Assembly (NCBI GenBank): GCA_965249725.1
Contig: CBDFMQ010000002.1
Location: 2,560,001-2,624,000 of the forward strand
Direction of reading: 5' to 3'
Length of the DNA: 64,000 bases
Source of the DNA: Longimicrobiales bacterium
GTDB taxonomy: Bacteria > Gemmatimonadota > Gemmatimonadetes > Longimicrobiales > Gaopeijiaceae
Part shown: one piece after another, positions 33,376 to 41,976 of the stretch
Position numbering within the stretch: the first letter of the stretch is position 1
Layout: each line of letters begins with the position of its first letter
Program-made: the position numbers and the translations under genes
Notes under the pieces: generated by a model
The model's input: only the letters and a program-made list of their open reading frames with translations
Told to the model about the DNA's origin: nothing
Database searches by the model: none

Positions 33376-34518
33376 CTACCGGCCCAGCCAGACACCGGTG
33401 GACGGGACGAACGTGGCCCACGCGTACCAGAACGCCACGTACGAGTTGGCGACCTGGACGAGTTGCTGCCCCTCCAGCCCACCCGAGGTCGCACGTCCGT
33501 CGAGCGTCCACTCGCTTCCGGTCTGAACGTCGACGTACCGTCCTTCTGAGAGCTCGAAGTCGAGAGCCTGGCCTGCGAGCGCGGATTCGAAGGCCACCGC
33601 GGCTTTTGAGTCGCGGTCCCAGAAGACGACGATCTCCCGACCTTCAGCCCGGGAGTGGACCACGTCCCGGTTCCCCTCCGAGTCGAGTGCGTTGAAGGGG
33701 AACGCCACGCCGCCGCCATCCGCAAATGGTATCCCCAGGACTCGCTCCTTGGGCGGGCGTCGGCCATCGAGATCGCCCTGCGGGAACAGCGTCTCGGCGT
33801 TGGTCAGGCTCTCGTAGTCCCCATACGGATATTCCTGGTAGTTGCGGTTGAGGCCGCTGTCGATCGCGATGACCTTCGTATCCGGATGGAGCGACAGCCA
33901 GGCGTCCCATCGCATCTCGACGGCTGGCACCATGTCCAGCATCTGCCCGTCGCGAGGCCCACACCGCGCGCCGCGCATCATCTGAGGCCAGAGCGACCGC
34001 TCCGCATCAGGCTCGTAGGGGTTGCCGTCGGGGTCCGACCTTTCCGTGCGGTCGTACAGGATCAGATTGTTCTGGAGAAGCAGCCCCGACACCCCGAACT
34101 CGGCTCCGTCCGCTGCGGTACGGTCGAAGACCATGCTCGATCCCGTGAGGGGGCAGTAGGTCACCGCGATCGGAATCGAGAAATCACTGAAGTTCACGAT
34201 TTCGTGCCACCACAAGATGTTGTGGGGAATCGCGAGGTAGATTCCGTCGATCGCGATGCCGATTACCCGATCCCACGTACGGACGTAGGTCGCTGCGGGG
34301 TGATCGCCGCTCACCAGATCGGGGTCGGACAAGGCCGCAATCCCGTCGATGGGGACGCCGCCCGACACAATCTGGCCTTCCGGGATGCTACACGTGCCGT
34401 CTTCTTCGCGCTCGAGCTTCGGGAAGGCCTCGGCCACGGGGGACTCGCCACACGCCAGCGTCATCACTACCACGGCGAGGACTTCGGCTCCCAACGTGGT
34501 CCTCAGGCGTTGTCGCAT
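33376..34518 (-). CDS. DUF3179 family lipoprotein
   Basis: DGIAALSDP, WHEIVN, TYCPLTGS, FGVSGLL, NLILYDR, FWYAW; TLAC lipobox. Confidence 0.9.
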   Translation of the reverse strand: MRQRLRTTLGAEVLAVVVMTLACGESPVAEAFPKLEREEDGTCSIPEGQIVSGGVPIDGIAALSDPDLVSGDHPAATYVRTWDRVIGIAIDGIYLAIPHNILWWHEIVNFSDFSIPIAVTYCPLTGSSMVFDRTAADGAEFGVSGLLLQNNLILYDRTERSDPDGNPYEPDAERSLWPQMMRGARCGPRDGQMLDMVPAVEMRWDAWLSLHPDTKVIAIDSGLNRNYQEYPYGDYESLTNAETLFPQGDLDGRRPPKERVLGIPFADGGGVAFPFNALDSEGNRDVVHSRAEGREIVVFWDRDSKAAVAFESALAGQALDFELSEGRYVDVQTGSEWTLDGRATSGGLEGQQLVQVANSYVAFWYAWATFVPSTGVWLGR

Positions 34519-34595
34519 TCCCCACCGTCCCGTCGTGCTCGGTCCTTCCGTTGGCCATCACGCTGAGCAACTCGTCGGGGGGGTGTGAGAGTTCC

Positions 34596-34715
34596 CGCAT
34601 CGCTCACAAACTCAACGACAGACCTCGTAAACGACTCGGCTTCTTCACCCCTAAGGAGTGTTATGAAGAAAAACTATGAGCCCCTTGCATGTTGCACTTC
34701 AAAGTTGAACTCAAG
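34596..34715 (+). mobile_element. IS30-family right-end remnant
   Basis: Encodes IAHKLNDRPRKRLGFFTPKECYEEKL* followed by terminal TGTTGCACTTCAAAGTTGAACTCAAG; closely similar to 41166-41285. Confidence 0.85.
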
Positions 34716-34738
34716 AAGCCCAGAAGCACCTGTCTGGC

Positions 34739-35254
34739 CTAGGGTGAGGTCGCACCCTTCCATTTCTTGGCGAGTCGCACCCAGCGGACAGCCATCGACC
34801 GTGAGTAGGTCATCTGTTCCCCAGGATAGATTTCAGCTAACTCCGCGGACTCGTGCTCGGAGGCCCACGCAGTCAGCGGTATCATCGCCTCCGACAACGA
34901 GACCTTGCCCCACGTCACCTCGTGGAGCTGGCGGGATATGAGGCCGGTGGGGGACAAAGTGAAGACCGAGCGGAATGCGAGGCGCCCAACTCCGACTAGG
35001 TCGAGGAAGTCGTTACCCTCCGAGCCCTGAATCGTGACCGTACGGAGCGATTCCTCGACAAGTTGCCACTCCAATCGGCCGTTCGCGCCCACATCCCACT
35101 CTAGCGCGGTCGCCGCCTGACCCTTCGCCAAAGTGAATCCGGCTCCGGCGAACTCCAGTTCGAACTCCGGCGCGAGGCACGCCAAGGCCTCTTGAAGGGA
35201 GTGATCGCCTAGGTGCCCGAGGTATGCGCCAACGATCTCCGCCCCGTCACCCAT
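34739..35254 (-). CDS. Cassette gene: SnoaL/NTF2-like hypothetical protein
   Basis: ATG follows GTTAGAA core site and GGAGG RBS; YLGHL...ALACLAPEF pattern. Confidence 0.65.
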   Translation of the reverse strand: MGDGAEIVGAYLGHLGDHSLQEALACLAPEFELEFAGAGFTLAKGQAATALEWDVGANGRLEWQLVEESLRTVTIQGSEGNDFLDLVGVGRLAFRSVFTLSPTGLISRQLHEVTWGKVSLSEAMIPLTAWASEHESAELAEIYPGEQMTYSRSMAVRWVRLAKKWKGATSP

Positions 35255-35279
35255 CCTCTTCCTCCCCGTCTGCTGGGCT

Positions 35280-35448
35280 TTCTAACGGATTGCGATTCAC
35301 CTCACTGCGTTCGGTGGTCTCGGCGTAGAGCAAACCGATCTTCGAAATCAGTACGGCGCCTCGGCTCTGCTACGCAGCTAAGATGGTGACCGCAAGCGAA
35401 GCGCGCGAGCGGGATGCCTACCGCGACAGTAGCAATCGCTTGTTAGAT
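35280..35448 (-). repeat. attC-like recombination site 1 (complete, 169 bp)
   Basis: Minus strand ATCTAAC-AAGCG-ATTGCTAC ... GGTGAAT-CGCAATCC-GTTAGAA; imperfect long palindrome. Confidence 0.85.
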
Positions 35449-35737
35449 GTTGCTGCCGAATAGGTGGGGAGATTCGGCTTCCGGTAGCTGGCTGAAGCGA
35501 GGACCCAATGTGCCGCCGCTGAACGCCGCGCCGAAGCCGCCTAGGCCCATCAAAGATCGCCAGGAGACTCAGGCTCCACAATGCGACCCGGGCCAACGCC
35601 TGATCGGGAGCCCGAGTCGGGCCGCCCCCTTGCGGGTCGGCGTGCCCACATGCTCACTTGAGTGTTGGCGGGCACAGCTTCTCAAGGAGTGAGGCTGGGG
35701 TCGCAGTGCTGCCGCCCCTTTCCAGGAGGCCGAAGAC

Positions 35738-36463
35738 ATGCGCTTCATGAGAGTCGTATCCGCCGGTGCCTTTGCCTTGGTGCTCGGCTGTTCCGGGACC
35801 GATACACCGATCGAATACCTGGACGCCGTGACTGCCGATCCGAACCACTACTCGGTCGAGTTCGAGAACGACGCCGCGCGCCTCATCCGCATCACCTACG
35901 GGCCAGGCGAGTCTTCGGTCATGCATCGGCACCCGCCGAACTGCGCGATCTTCCTTCACGATCAGCCGGCGACGATGGAGTCCCCGGACGGCGAGGTGAC
36001 GGAGGCGCAGGCGACCGACGCGGGGACGGTGAATTGCACCGAAGGCGAGGTCCACCTGCCGACCAACGCCGGTGATGGTGAGCTTGAACTCATTCTCGTC
36101 GAATTCGAAGACGCTGGGATGGCCGCTTCCGACGAGATGCCGGATGCGCCCCACGCGGTCACGGCCGACCCCGATCACTATTCGGTCGAGTTCGAGAACG
36201 AAGCAGTGCGGGTCGTCCGGGTCCGCTACGGCGCTGGCGAAACGTCGATCATGCACCACCATCCCGCGTATTGCGCGGTCATCATCCAAGAACAGCCGGT
36301 CACGTTCGAGCTTCCCGACGGCTCCGTGGAGGATGCGCCGGAAGGCGAGCTCGGAACGTTGAACTGCGTCGACGCCGGAATGCACTCGCCGACGAACAAT
36401 GGCCAGGGCGAGCTCGATGCCATTCTCATCGAATTCAAGGGGCGCGCCACGCGGGCTGGCTGA
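35738..36463 (+). CDS. Cassette gene: tandem two-domain cupin lipoprotein
   Basis: LVLGC lipobox; duplicated AVTADP.HYSVEFEN...YG.GE.S.MH.HP...H.PTN. Confidence 0.85.
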   Translation: MRFMRVVSAGAFALVLGCSGTDTPIEYLDAVTADPNHYSVEFENDAARLIRITYGPGESSVMHRHPPNCAIFLHDQPATMESPDGEVTEAQATDAGTVNCTEGEVHLPTNAGDGELELILVEFEDAGMAASDEMPDAPHAVTADPDHYSVEFENEAVRVVRVRYGAGETSIMHHHPAYCAVIIQEQPVTFELPDGSVEDAPEGELGTLNCVDAGMHSPTNNGQGELDAILIEFKGRATRAG

Positions 36464-36566
36464 GAGTTCGCCGAGCGATCCGCGGACGGGACGCGACGCC
36501 TCGGTGGACCGCGCTCGGTGCGAGAGTGTCTCGTGCTCGACAGCGCCCACCGGACGCGCTGGCGAC

Positions 36567-36654
36567 ATCTAACGGATTGCGATTCACCTCACTGCGTTCG
36601 GTGGTCTCGGCGTAGAGCAAACCGATCTTCGAAATCAGTACGGCGCCTCGGCTC
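36567..36654 (-). repeat. attC-like site 2, conserved half (split by IS3)
   Basis: 36569-36654 is identical to 35282-35367. Confidence 0.85.
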
Positions 36655-36693
36655 GGAGCCTGTCAACGCCAGTGAGACACTCTTGGGAATTAA

Positions 36694-37701
36694 TTAGAGA
36701 GCAATCTCCTGTGTCGTGAGGGAGGGGGTTGGAGGATTGATCCAGACGGCCTCCGGGAGCGGTTTGGGCTTCGGCTCACCGGAGACGAAGCGGTCGGGAT
36801 GAGCGGCCCAGGCCTCGCGTAGCACGGCCTGCCTGCCGGCGATGACCTGATCTGCATTCCCGAAGTGGACCTGTTCGGGGGTCAGCATCGAGATACCACC
36901 ATGGCGGTGCTCGGCGTTGTACCAGCGGAAGAACGAGCGACAGAAGGTTTTGGCCTGGCCCTGATCCTCGAACCGTCCAGGAAACGAGGGATGGTACTTC
37001 AAGGTCTTGAACTGGGCTTCGGAGAACGGATTGTCATCCGACACCTGAGGTCGGCTCAGCGAGCGGGTCACCCCGAGATCGGCGAGGAGCTGAGCCGTGC
37101 ATTGGCTCGTCATCGGAGCTCCTCGATCCGAGTGCAAGGTCAGGACCTGGGGCTGGACGCCATGCTTCAGGCAACTCTGCTGGATCAGGCGCCCGGCCAA
37201 GGCCGAGCTCTCCCGATCCGCCACCATCCATCCCACGATGTAGCGGCTGAAGATGTCCATGATAACGTAGAGGTAGAAGTAGCTCCACTTCCTCGGCCCC
37301 AGCAGCCGTGTGATATCCCAGGACCAGACCTGGCCCGGGCCCGTCGCCATCAACTCGGGTTTCTGGTATTCGGGATGACTCCGCTGCGCTCGGCGCTCTC
37401 GAACTGGCACTTGGGAGGCCAGAACGCGATACATCGTACGTTCGCTGCACAGGTAGACGTCTTCGTCGAGCAGGGTCGCCACAACCTCGGCCGGGGACCG
37501 GTCCACGAATCGCTCCGAACACAGCGTGTCGAAGACCTTGTCTCGTTCCTTCTCGCTCAAGGCACGGGCTGGGGTCGGGCGGGGCTGCTGATGCCCGGTC
37601 GATGGCCTCCGACGACGATAGAACGTGGCTCGGGCGACCCTGAGCGCATCGCACGCGGGCTTTACCCCTACGTACGTGGCCAGCGCCTCGGCCGCCTTCA
37701 C
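36694..37701 (-). CDS. IS3 transposase OrfB (DDE/rve)
   Basis: WSWDIT, LHSDRG, DDNPFSEAQFKTLKY, YNAEHRH; GTG start overlaps orfA TGA. Confidence 0.92.
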   Translation of the reverse strand: MKAAEALATYVGVKPACDALRVARATFYRRRRPSTGHQQPRPTPARALSEKERDKVFDTLCSERFVDRSPAEVVATLLDEDVYLCSERTMYRVLASQVPVRERRAQRSHPEYQKPELMATGPGQVWSWDITRLLGPRKWSYFYLYVIMDIFSRYIVGWMVADRESSALAGRLIQQSCLKHGVQPQVLTLHSDRGAPMTSQCTAQLLADLGVTRSLSRPQVSDDNPFSEAQFKTLKYHPSFPGRFEDQGQAKTFCRSFFRWYNAEHRHGGISMLTPEQVHFGNADQVIAGRQAVLREAWAAHPDRFVSGEPKPKPLPEAVWINPPTPSLTTQEIAL

Positions 37702-38150
37702 GAGTTCGTCCCGTCCTTGAGGCTCAATCCCAGCAGCCCTGCAACTTTTCCCTGGACGTCGAGGATCAGGCGCGCCTTCTCGAGTTCCTTCTCCAGGCGA
37801 GTGTTCTCGCGCTCCAGCTTGCGCACTTTCCCCTCCAGCGGATTCCGTTCGCTCGGCTTTCGACCTCGTCTCTTCGACAGCGCTCTCAGCGACCCACTCC
37901 GCACCGCCTTGCGCCATGTCGTCAGGTGCGACGAGTACAAGCCCTCCCGTCGCAGGAGTCGCCCTACCTCTCCCGGCTCCGTGCACCGGTCCGCTTCTTC
38001 GACGACCCGCAGCTTGTACGACGGACTAAACCGTCGGCGCGTCGGCTTATCTACCACCTCCGCGTCCGGAGCAGCTGCCGCGCTTCGCTTACCCTCCCAG
38101 GTTAGTGGGGCGATTCCATTCTCTTCCATTCTCTCTCGGTGTCTCAGCAT
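37698..38150 (-). CDS. IS3 transposase OrfA (HTH + leucine zipper)
   Basis: RRRFSPSYKLRVV...LRREGLYSSHLTTWR...LERENTRLEKEL. Confidence 0.9.
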   Translation of the reverse strand: MLRHRERMEENGIAPLTWEGKRSAAAAPDAEVVDKPTRRRFSPSYKLRVVEEADRCTEPGEVGRLLRREGLYSSHLTTWRKAVRSGSLRALSKRRGRKPSERNPLEGKVRKLERENTRLEKELEKARLILDVQGKVAGLLGLSLKDGTNS

Positions 38151-38222
38151 CCTCGGTTTCTCTGCCTTCGCCCTACTCTAATTCTTTACTCGTTCCGTGT
38201 CTCACCTAAGTTGGCAGAGAGG

Positions 38223-38308
38223 GGCTCTGCTGCGCGACCAAGATGCCGACCGCAAGCGAAGCGGGCGAGCCAGATGCTCGTCGCGACTGCAGCAATCGCT
38301 TGTTAGAC
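38223..38308 (-). repeat. attC-like site 2, variable half
   Basis: Aligns with 35363-35448 (GACCGCAAGCGAAGCG...AGCAATCGCTTGTTAG). Confidence 0.85.
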
Positions 38309-38425
38309 CGAAACGATGCCACCATCTGAATGACCTGCAGAGTCGACGCCCCTGCGTCCGCCTACTAACAGCATATGCGGTTGTGTTCGAATCAGTGCTG
38401 AGGCGAAAGCGTGGATCCCTCCGAG

Positions 38426-40735
38426 CTAACCCCCGGGCCGCCCCTGGTAACGGTCGAGCCAGCCCAGGGTCTCGCGGATCAGCACGTCGCGCGGGACGAA
38501 GTGACTCCCGAGCGTGACCACCCAATTCTTGTCCTGCTCTGGGGTGCCGACGAGCTCGAAATACCGTCGCGACCGTTTCGATAGGGCGTCGAACTCGCCG
38601 GTCAGCAATAGGAGCGGTACCTCGACCCTGGGAAGCGCGTTGATCGGATCGATCTCGGGTGTCGTGCCCAGGTCTATGAGGGGGCCCACGGAGATGATCG
38701 CGGAACGGAGGCGGGGCTCCTGCGCCAGGGCCGTGGGGCCATTCAAGCCTCCCCAGCTGTAGCCGTGGTACGCGACGGATCGGTTATCGATGTCGCGACG
38801 CGTCTCGAGGTAGTCCAGCGTGCGGCGTAGATCCTTGACGCCCGCGATCGTGTTGTCCCGGTACGCCGTCGTGTTGAGGTCGGGCATTCCCGTGCCGTCG
38901 CCCCGCTCGAAGCTCCCGAGATAGACGGGAAAGGCAACGGCCCGTCCGCTCTTGAGGAGGAAGTCGGCCTTCTTTGCGAAGTATTCGTCCACGGATTCGA
39001 GAACGAACGTGTCCCAGCCCGGCCAATACACGACTGTTCGGAACGGAGGCGACCCGATCGTAGGCAGATACAGGTAGAGCACCATTGGCTCGCCGTCGTA
39101 GCCGGGATCGAAGGTGACCCGCTCCCGGGTCCAACTCCGCGAGTGCACCGGCTCGTCCGAGACGACGTTGAGCGGCCCCCGGTCGTAGTCGAAATGCCCT
39201 CCCCACGCGGCGTATACCTGGTCCGACACCGGCTCTCGCATGATCGCCGGGGACGCGTCTTGGGCCTCGCTGACAGGAGCGCGTACGCGCGACGCCACCT
39301 CTGACTCCTCGTCGGTCATGGCGAGCCGGAAGCCGTTTCCCGGGGCCCGGTCCAGCGGAGGGGCCGCGGGGCTAACCTCTCCGACGATGTAGTACGGATC
39401 GTTCCAGCTGCCGCCGAGGACGACATACTGATCGCCGAGCTGTGTGGCCGTCCATTCCCGCACGTTACCGGCCATGTCGAAGGCGCCCGTGTAGCTCATG
39501 GCGCGGCTATCCAGGACGGACCGGGCCCCGGCACCGTCGAAATTGCTGGCGGGCAGGAGCCACGGGAGCGTCGCTATGGCGAGGCCGCGCCGCCAATGAT
39601 GCGCGGTCGGGAGCTCCTCGCCGACGAATCGGGCGTATGCGGCCGCCTCGTACCAGCTGACGCCGGAGACGGGGAAGTCGTCCTCGCCCACCGCATAGTC
39701 CCCGGCCTCCCACGTGCTGGGGCCAGGCTGAAGGGTGCGATCCGTGAACAGAGTTCGCTCCTCGTCCCACGGAACGGTGTCCCCATCGACGACGACCGGA
39801 TCCCACAGGGACGACCGCTGATAGCCGCCCGCATCGACGAATTCCTTGAACTTCGCGTTCGTGACCTCGTACCGGTCGAGAAAGTAGTCCCGAAGAAGGA
39901 GGGACTCGCCCTCGAGGTTCAGGCGCCAGCCGGCGACGCGGACCTTCCCATCGGACAGCGTCTCCTCCGTATCGAGCGCGAACGTCTCCGGACCCACCAG
40001 CAGCCCGAGTCCACGGTTCGCTGATTGCGTCGCCAGCGTCCCCCAGTTGACGTGCCCGCCCCCGACGGTGCGGTTCAACGGACGGTAGCCGTCGAGTTCG
40101 AGACGGAGGCGGGATAGGCCGTAGGGGAAGTGGATGTCCTCGAGCGGTGTCCTACCCAGGACCACCCACTCGTCTTCCGGACGATCGAAGGGTTGGTATG
40201 AGACGATCGCTCCAGCCGGATCGGATCCGATCGTCGTTCGCCACGCCAGACGAGGCCATAGCTCCCCGAGCTCGGGCGCTTCCGGAAGCCGAGCCTCCGC
40301 CTCCCTTGTGAGCGCGTACGCTCCGTGCCAATCCGCCACCGCCAGACGCGCATCGATGTCCGGCAGCGCGACGCGCTCCAGCCACTCTCGATCCGGGTCC
40401 CGCACGAGGAACGAATAGGAGGCCGCGCCGAGCAGCGCGGCCACGAGGGCGGTCGCCGCGTAGCTCACGAATCGAGGTGCGGCGGGCGCGGGCCCCTCCG
40501 AGACCGTGGGCCGTTCGCGCGCGATCCCCTCCGGGGTGAGCTCGTAGGCCCAGGCGAGGAAGACGGCCAAAAAGAACCCGAGCCCGAGCAGCACGATGAC
40601 CAGGCTGTCCGTCCACGCCGGGAGGTTGAGCGGCTCCTCGACCGTCGTGATGACCTCTAGCAGCCCCCAGGCGACGACCGCATACGCGACCGCGACCCGG
40701 ACGACCTTCCGCCGCCTCAATTCGCGCCAAATCAA
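38426..40735 (-). CDS. Membrane-anchored FGE-sulfatase (SUMF1) domain + alpha/beta-hydrolase fusion; probable cassette gene
   Basis: TTG start before ELRRRKVVRVAVAY TM motif; YEVTN, PVSGVSWYEAAAY, DMAGNVREW, GFR; GYSWGG/GEFD/GSH triad; followed by attC 2. Confidence 0.85.
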   Translation of the reverse strand: MIWRELRRRKVVRVAVAYAVVAWGLLEVITTVEEPLNLPAWTDSLVIVLLGLGFFLAVFLAWAYELTPEGIARERPTVSEGPAPAAPRFVSYAATALVAALLGAASYSFLVRDPDREWLERVALPDIDARLAVADWHGAYALTREAEARLPEAPELGELWPRLAWRTTIGSDPAGAIVSYQPFDRPEDEWVVLGRTPLEDIHFPYGLSRLRLELDGYRPLNRTVGGGHVNWGTLATQSANRGLGLLVGPETFALDTEETLSDGKVRVAGWRLNLEGESLLLRDYFLDRYEVTNAKFKEFVDAGGYQRSSLWDPVVVDGDTVPWDEERTLFTDRTLQPGPSTWEAGDYAVGEDDFPVSGVSWYEAAAYARFVGEELPTAHHWRRGLAIATLPWLLPASNFDGAGARSVLDSRAMSYTGAFDMAGNVREWTATQLGDQYVVLGGSWNDPYYIVGEVSPAAPPLDRAPGNGFRLAMTDEESEVASRVRAPVSEAQDASPAIMREPVSDQVYAAWGGHFDYDRGPLNVVSDEPVHSRSWTRERVTFDPGYDGEPMVLYLYLPTIGSPPFRTVVYWPGWDTFVLESVDEYFAKKADFLLKSGRAVAFPVYLGSFERGDGTGMPDLNTTAYRDNTIAGVKDLRRTLDYLETRRDIDNRSVAYHGYSWGGLNGPTALAQEPRLRSAIISVGPLIDLGTTPEIDPINALPRVEVPLLLLTGEFDALSKRSRRYFELVGTPEQDKNWVVTLGSHFVPRDVLIRETLGWLDRYQGRPGG

Positions 40736-40934
40736 GGTTCCAGTCTCCCAGCGTGAGAAACGCCATCCGTTCCCGGAACCGAACCTAGGCAAGATAGGCG
40801 GTCCAAGGACCGCCACAAGCGGCGCGCGTGGACAGGGAAGATGGTCGGGCCGCGTCCACCGGAATAGCCTCGGTCTTCGCCCAGCACGGTGCCCGCCCTC
40901 GAACTCTCCTGCCCGACGTGCGTTGTCTCCCTGA

Positions 40935-41285
40935 TCCGTCGCTCTCATCAAGAACGCTCACCGCACTGTCCGTACCATCACGGTCGACAACGGTACCGAG
41001 TTCCACGGCTACAAAACCATCGAGGCCGCCACCGTCTTTCGCTTCTACTTCGCTACGCCCTATCACTCCTGGGAACGCGGAACCAGCGAGAACACCAACG
41101 GGCTCATCCGTCAGTATCTACCGAAGCGCCAGAGCATGGCTCACCTCACTCAGCGCCACTGCAATCGCATCGCTCGCAAACTCAACTCCCGACCCCGCAA
41201 ACGACTCGGGTTCCTCACCCCAAAGGAGTGTTATGAAACAAAACTATGAGCCCCTTGCGTGTTGCACTTCAAACTTGATCTCAGG
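40935..41285 (+). mobile_element. IS30-family 3' remnant
   Basis: RTITVDNGTEF...YFATPYHSWERGTSENTNGLIRQYLPK...LNSRPRKRLGFLTP* followed by TGTTGCACTTCAAACTTGATCTCAGG. Confidence 0.92.
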
Positions 41286-41348
41286 CGGCTCGCGTGAGTT
41301 CGCGTCTCGGCTAGTTTAGGTTTCTGGCTCCTCTCGGGAGATAGTGCC

Positions 41349-41798
41349 ATGGCAGAAAGTCGATATCCAGTGCCCGATACTGGAATCCTCGTCACACATC
41401 TTGTCGTTGCCGAGGACGTCGCAACCACGAGCGGCTTCTATTCTCAGGTACTCGGCGGTGAGATCGTCCATGAGGGCCGAGGCTCCCCCACCTTCGTGCG
41501 GCTCGCCAACACCTGGATCATCGTGACCGAGGGGGGTTCCGGAACTCCCGACAAGCCGGATGTCGTCCTCGCCGTACCTAGCGACTTGAGTCGATTCGAC
41601 GCGTTCCTCAACATCCGCGTTGCGGACATTGAGGAAACGTATCGGGAGTGGACTGCGAGGGGCGCCGAGTTCATCACTCCACCCCTCGACAATCACGGCT
41701 ACGAGAAGCGGTGCTACGTTCGCGACCCGGACGGACGGATCATCGAGGTAGGGCAGCACACCGGAATGTTGGCAGTCTTCGGGATCGAAAGCGACTGA
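41349..41798 (+). CDS. Cassette gene: VOC/glyoxalase family protein
   Basis: HLVVAEDV...FYSQVLG, LNIRVADI, RCYVRDPDGRIIEVGQ. Confidence 0.9.
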   Translation: MAESRYPVPDTGILVTHLVVAEDVATTSGFYSQVLGGEIVHEGRGSPTFVRLANTWIIVTEGGSGTPDKPDVVLAVPSDLSRFDAFLNIRVADIEETYREWTARGAEFITPPLDNHGYEKRCYVRDPDGRIIEVGQHTGMLAVFGIESD

Positions 41799-41815
41799 GC
41801 AGATCTGGTAGAGCC

Positions 41816-41933
41816 GCCTAACGGATTGCGATTCACCTCACTGCGTTCGGTGGTCTCGGCGTAGAGCAAACCGATCTTCGAAATCAGTACGGCGCCTCGG
41901 CTCTACTGATGCACGGCTAAGATGCGTGATCGC
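41816..41933 (-). repeat. attC-like site 3 (conserved half intact, other half truncated or diverged)
   Basis: 41818-41903 is identical to the other two copies; similarity fades after CTAAGATG...GATCGC. Confidence 0.8.
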
Positions 41934-41976
41934 GGTTGACCCATTGCTTCCTGTACTCACGCAATACTGGCATGTA

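Larger units (their letters stand above)
36655..38222 (-). mobile_element. Intact IS3-family insertion sequence
   Basis: orfA+orfB; imperfect IRs TGTCAACGCCAGTGAGACAC (36661-36680) and GTGTCTCACCTAAGTTGGCA (38197-38216); GGCTC duplicated at 36650-36654 and 38223-38227. Confidence 0.93.

Noticed and set aside
33376..34518. Selenocysteine recoding in DUF3179 or msrB
   Set aside because: The ORFs are uninterrupted, with Cys/Thr codons at the motifs and no in-frame TGA.
37702..37986. N-terminal extension of IS3 orfB, or a programmed frameshift
   Set aside because: It overlaps orfA in another frame; no clear A6G-type slippery site was seen, and the GTGA overlap explains coupling.
40736..40951. 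N-terminal extension of the 841 aa ORF
   Set aside because: It runs into the IS30 remnant; the family motif begins at the TTG at 40735.
35282..41903. The 86-bp identical repeats as a CRISPR array
   Set aside because: Repeats are too long, are spaced by 1.2-5 kb of gene-containing DNA, and no cas genes are present; core-site complementarity fits attC better.
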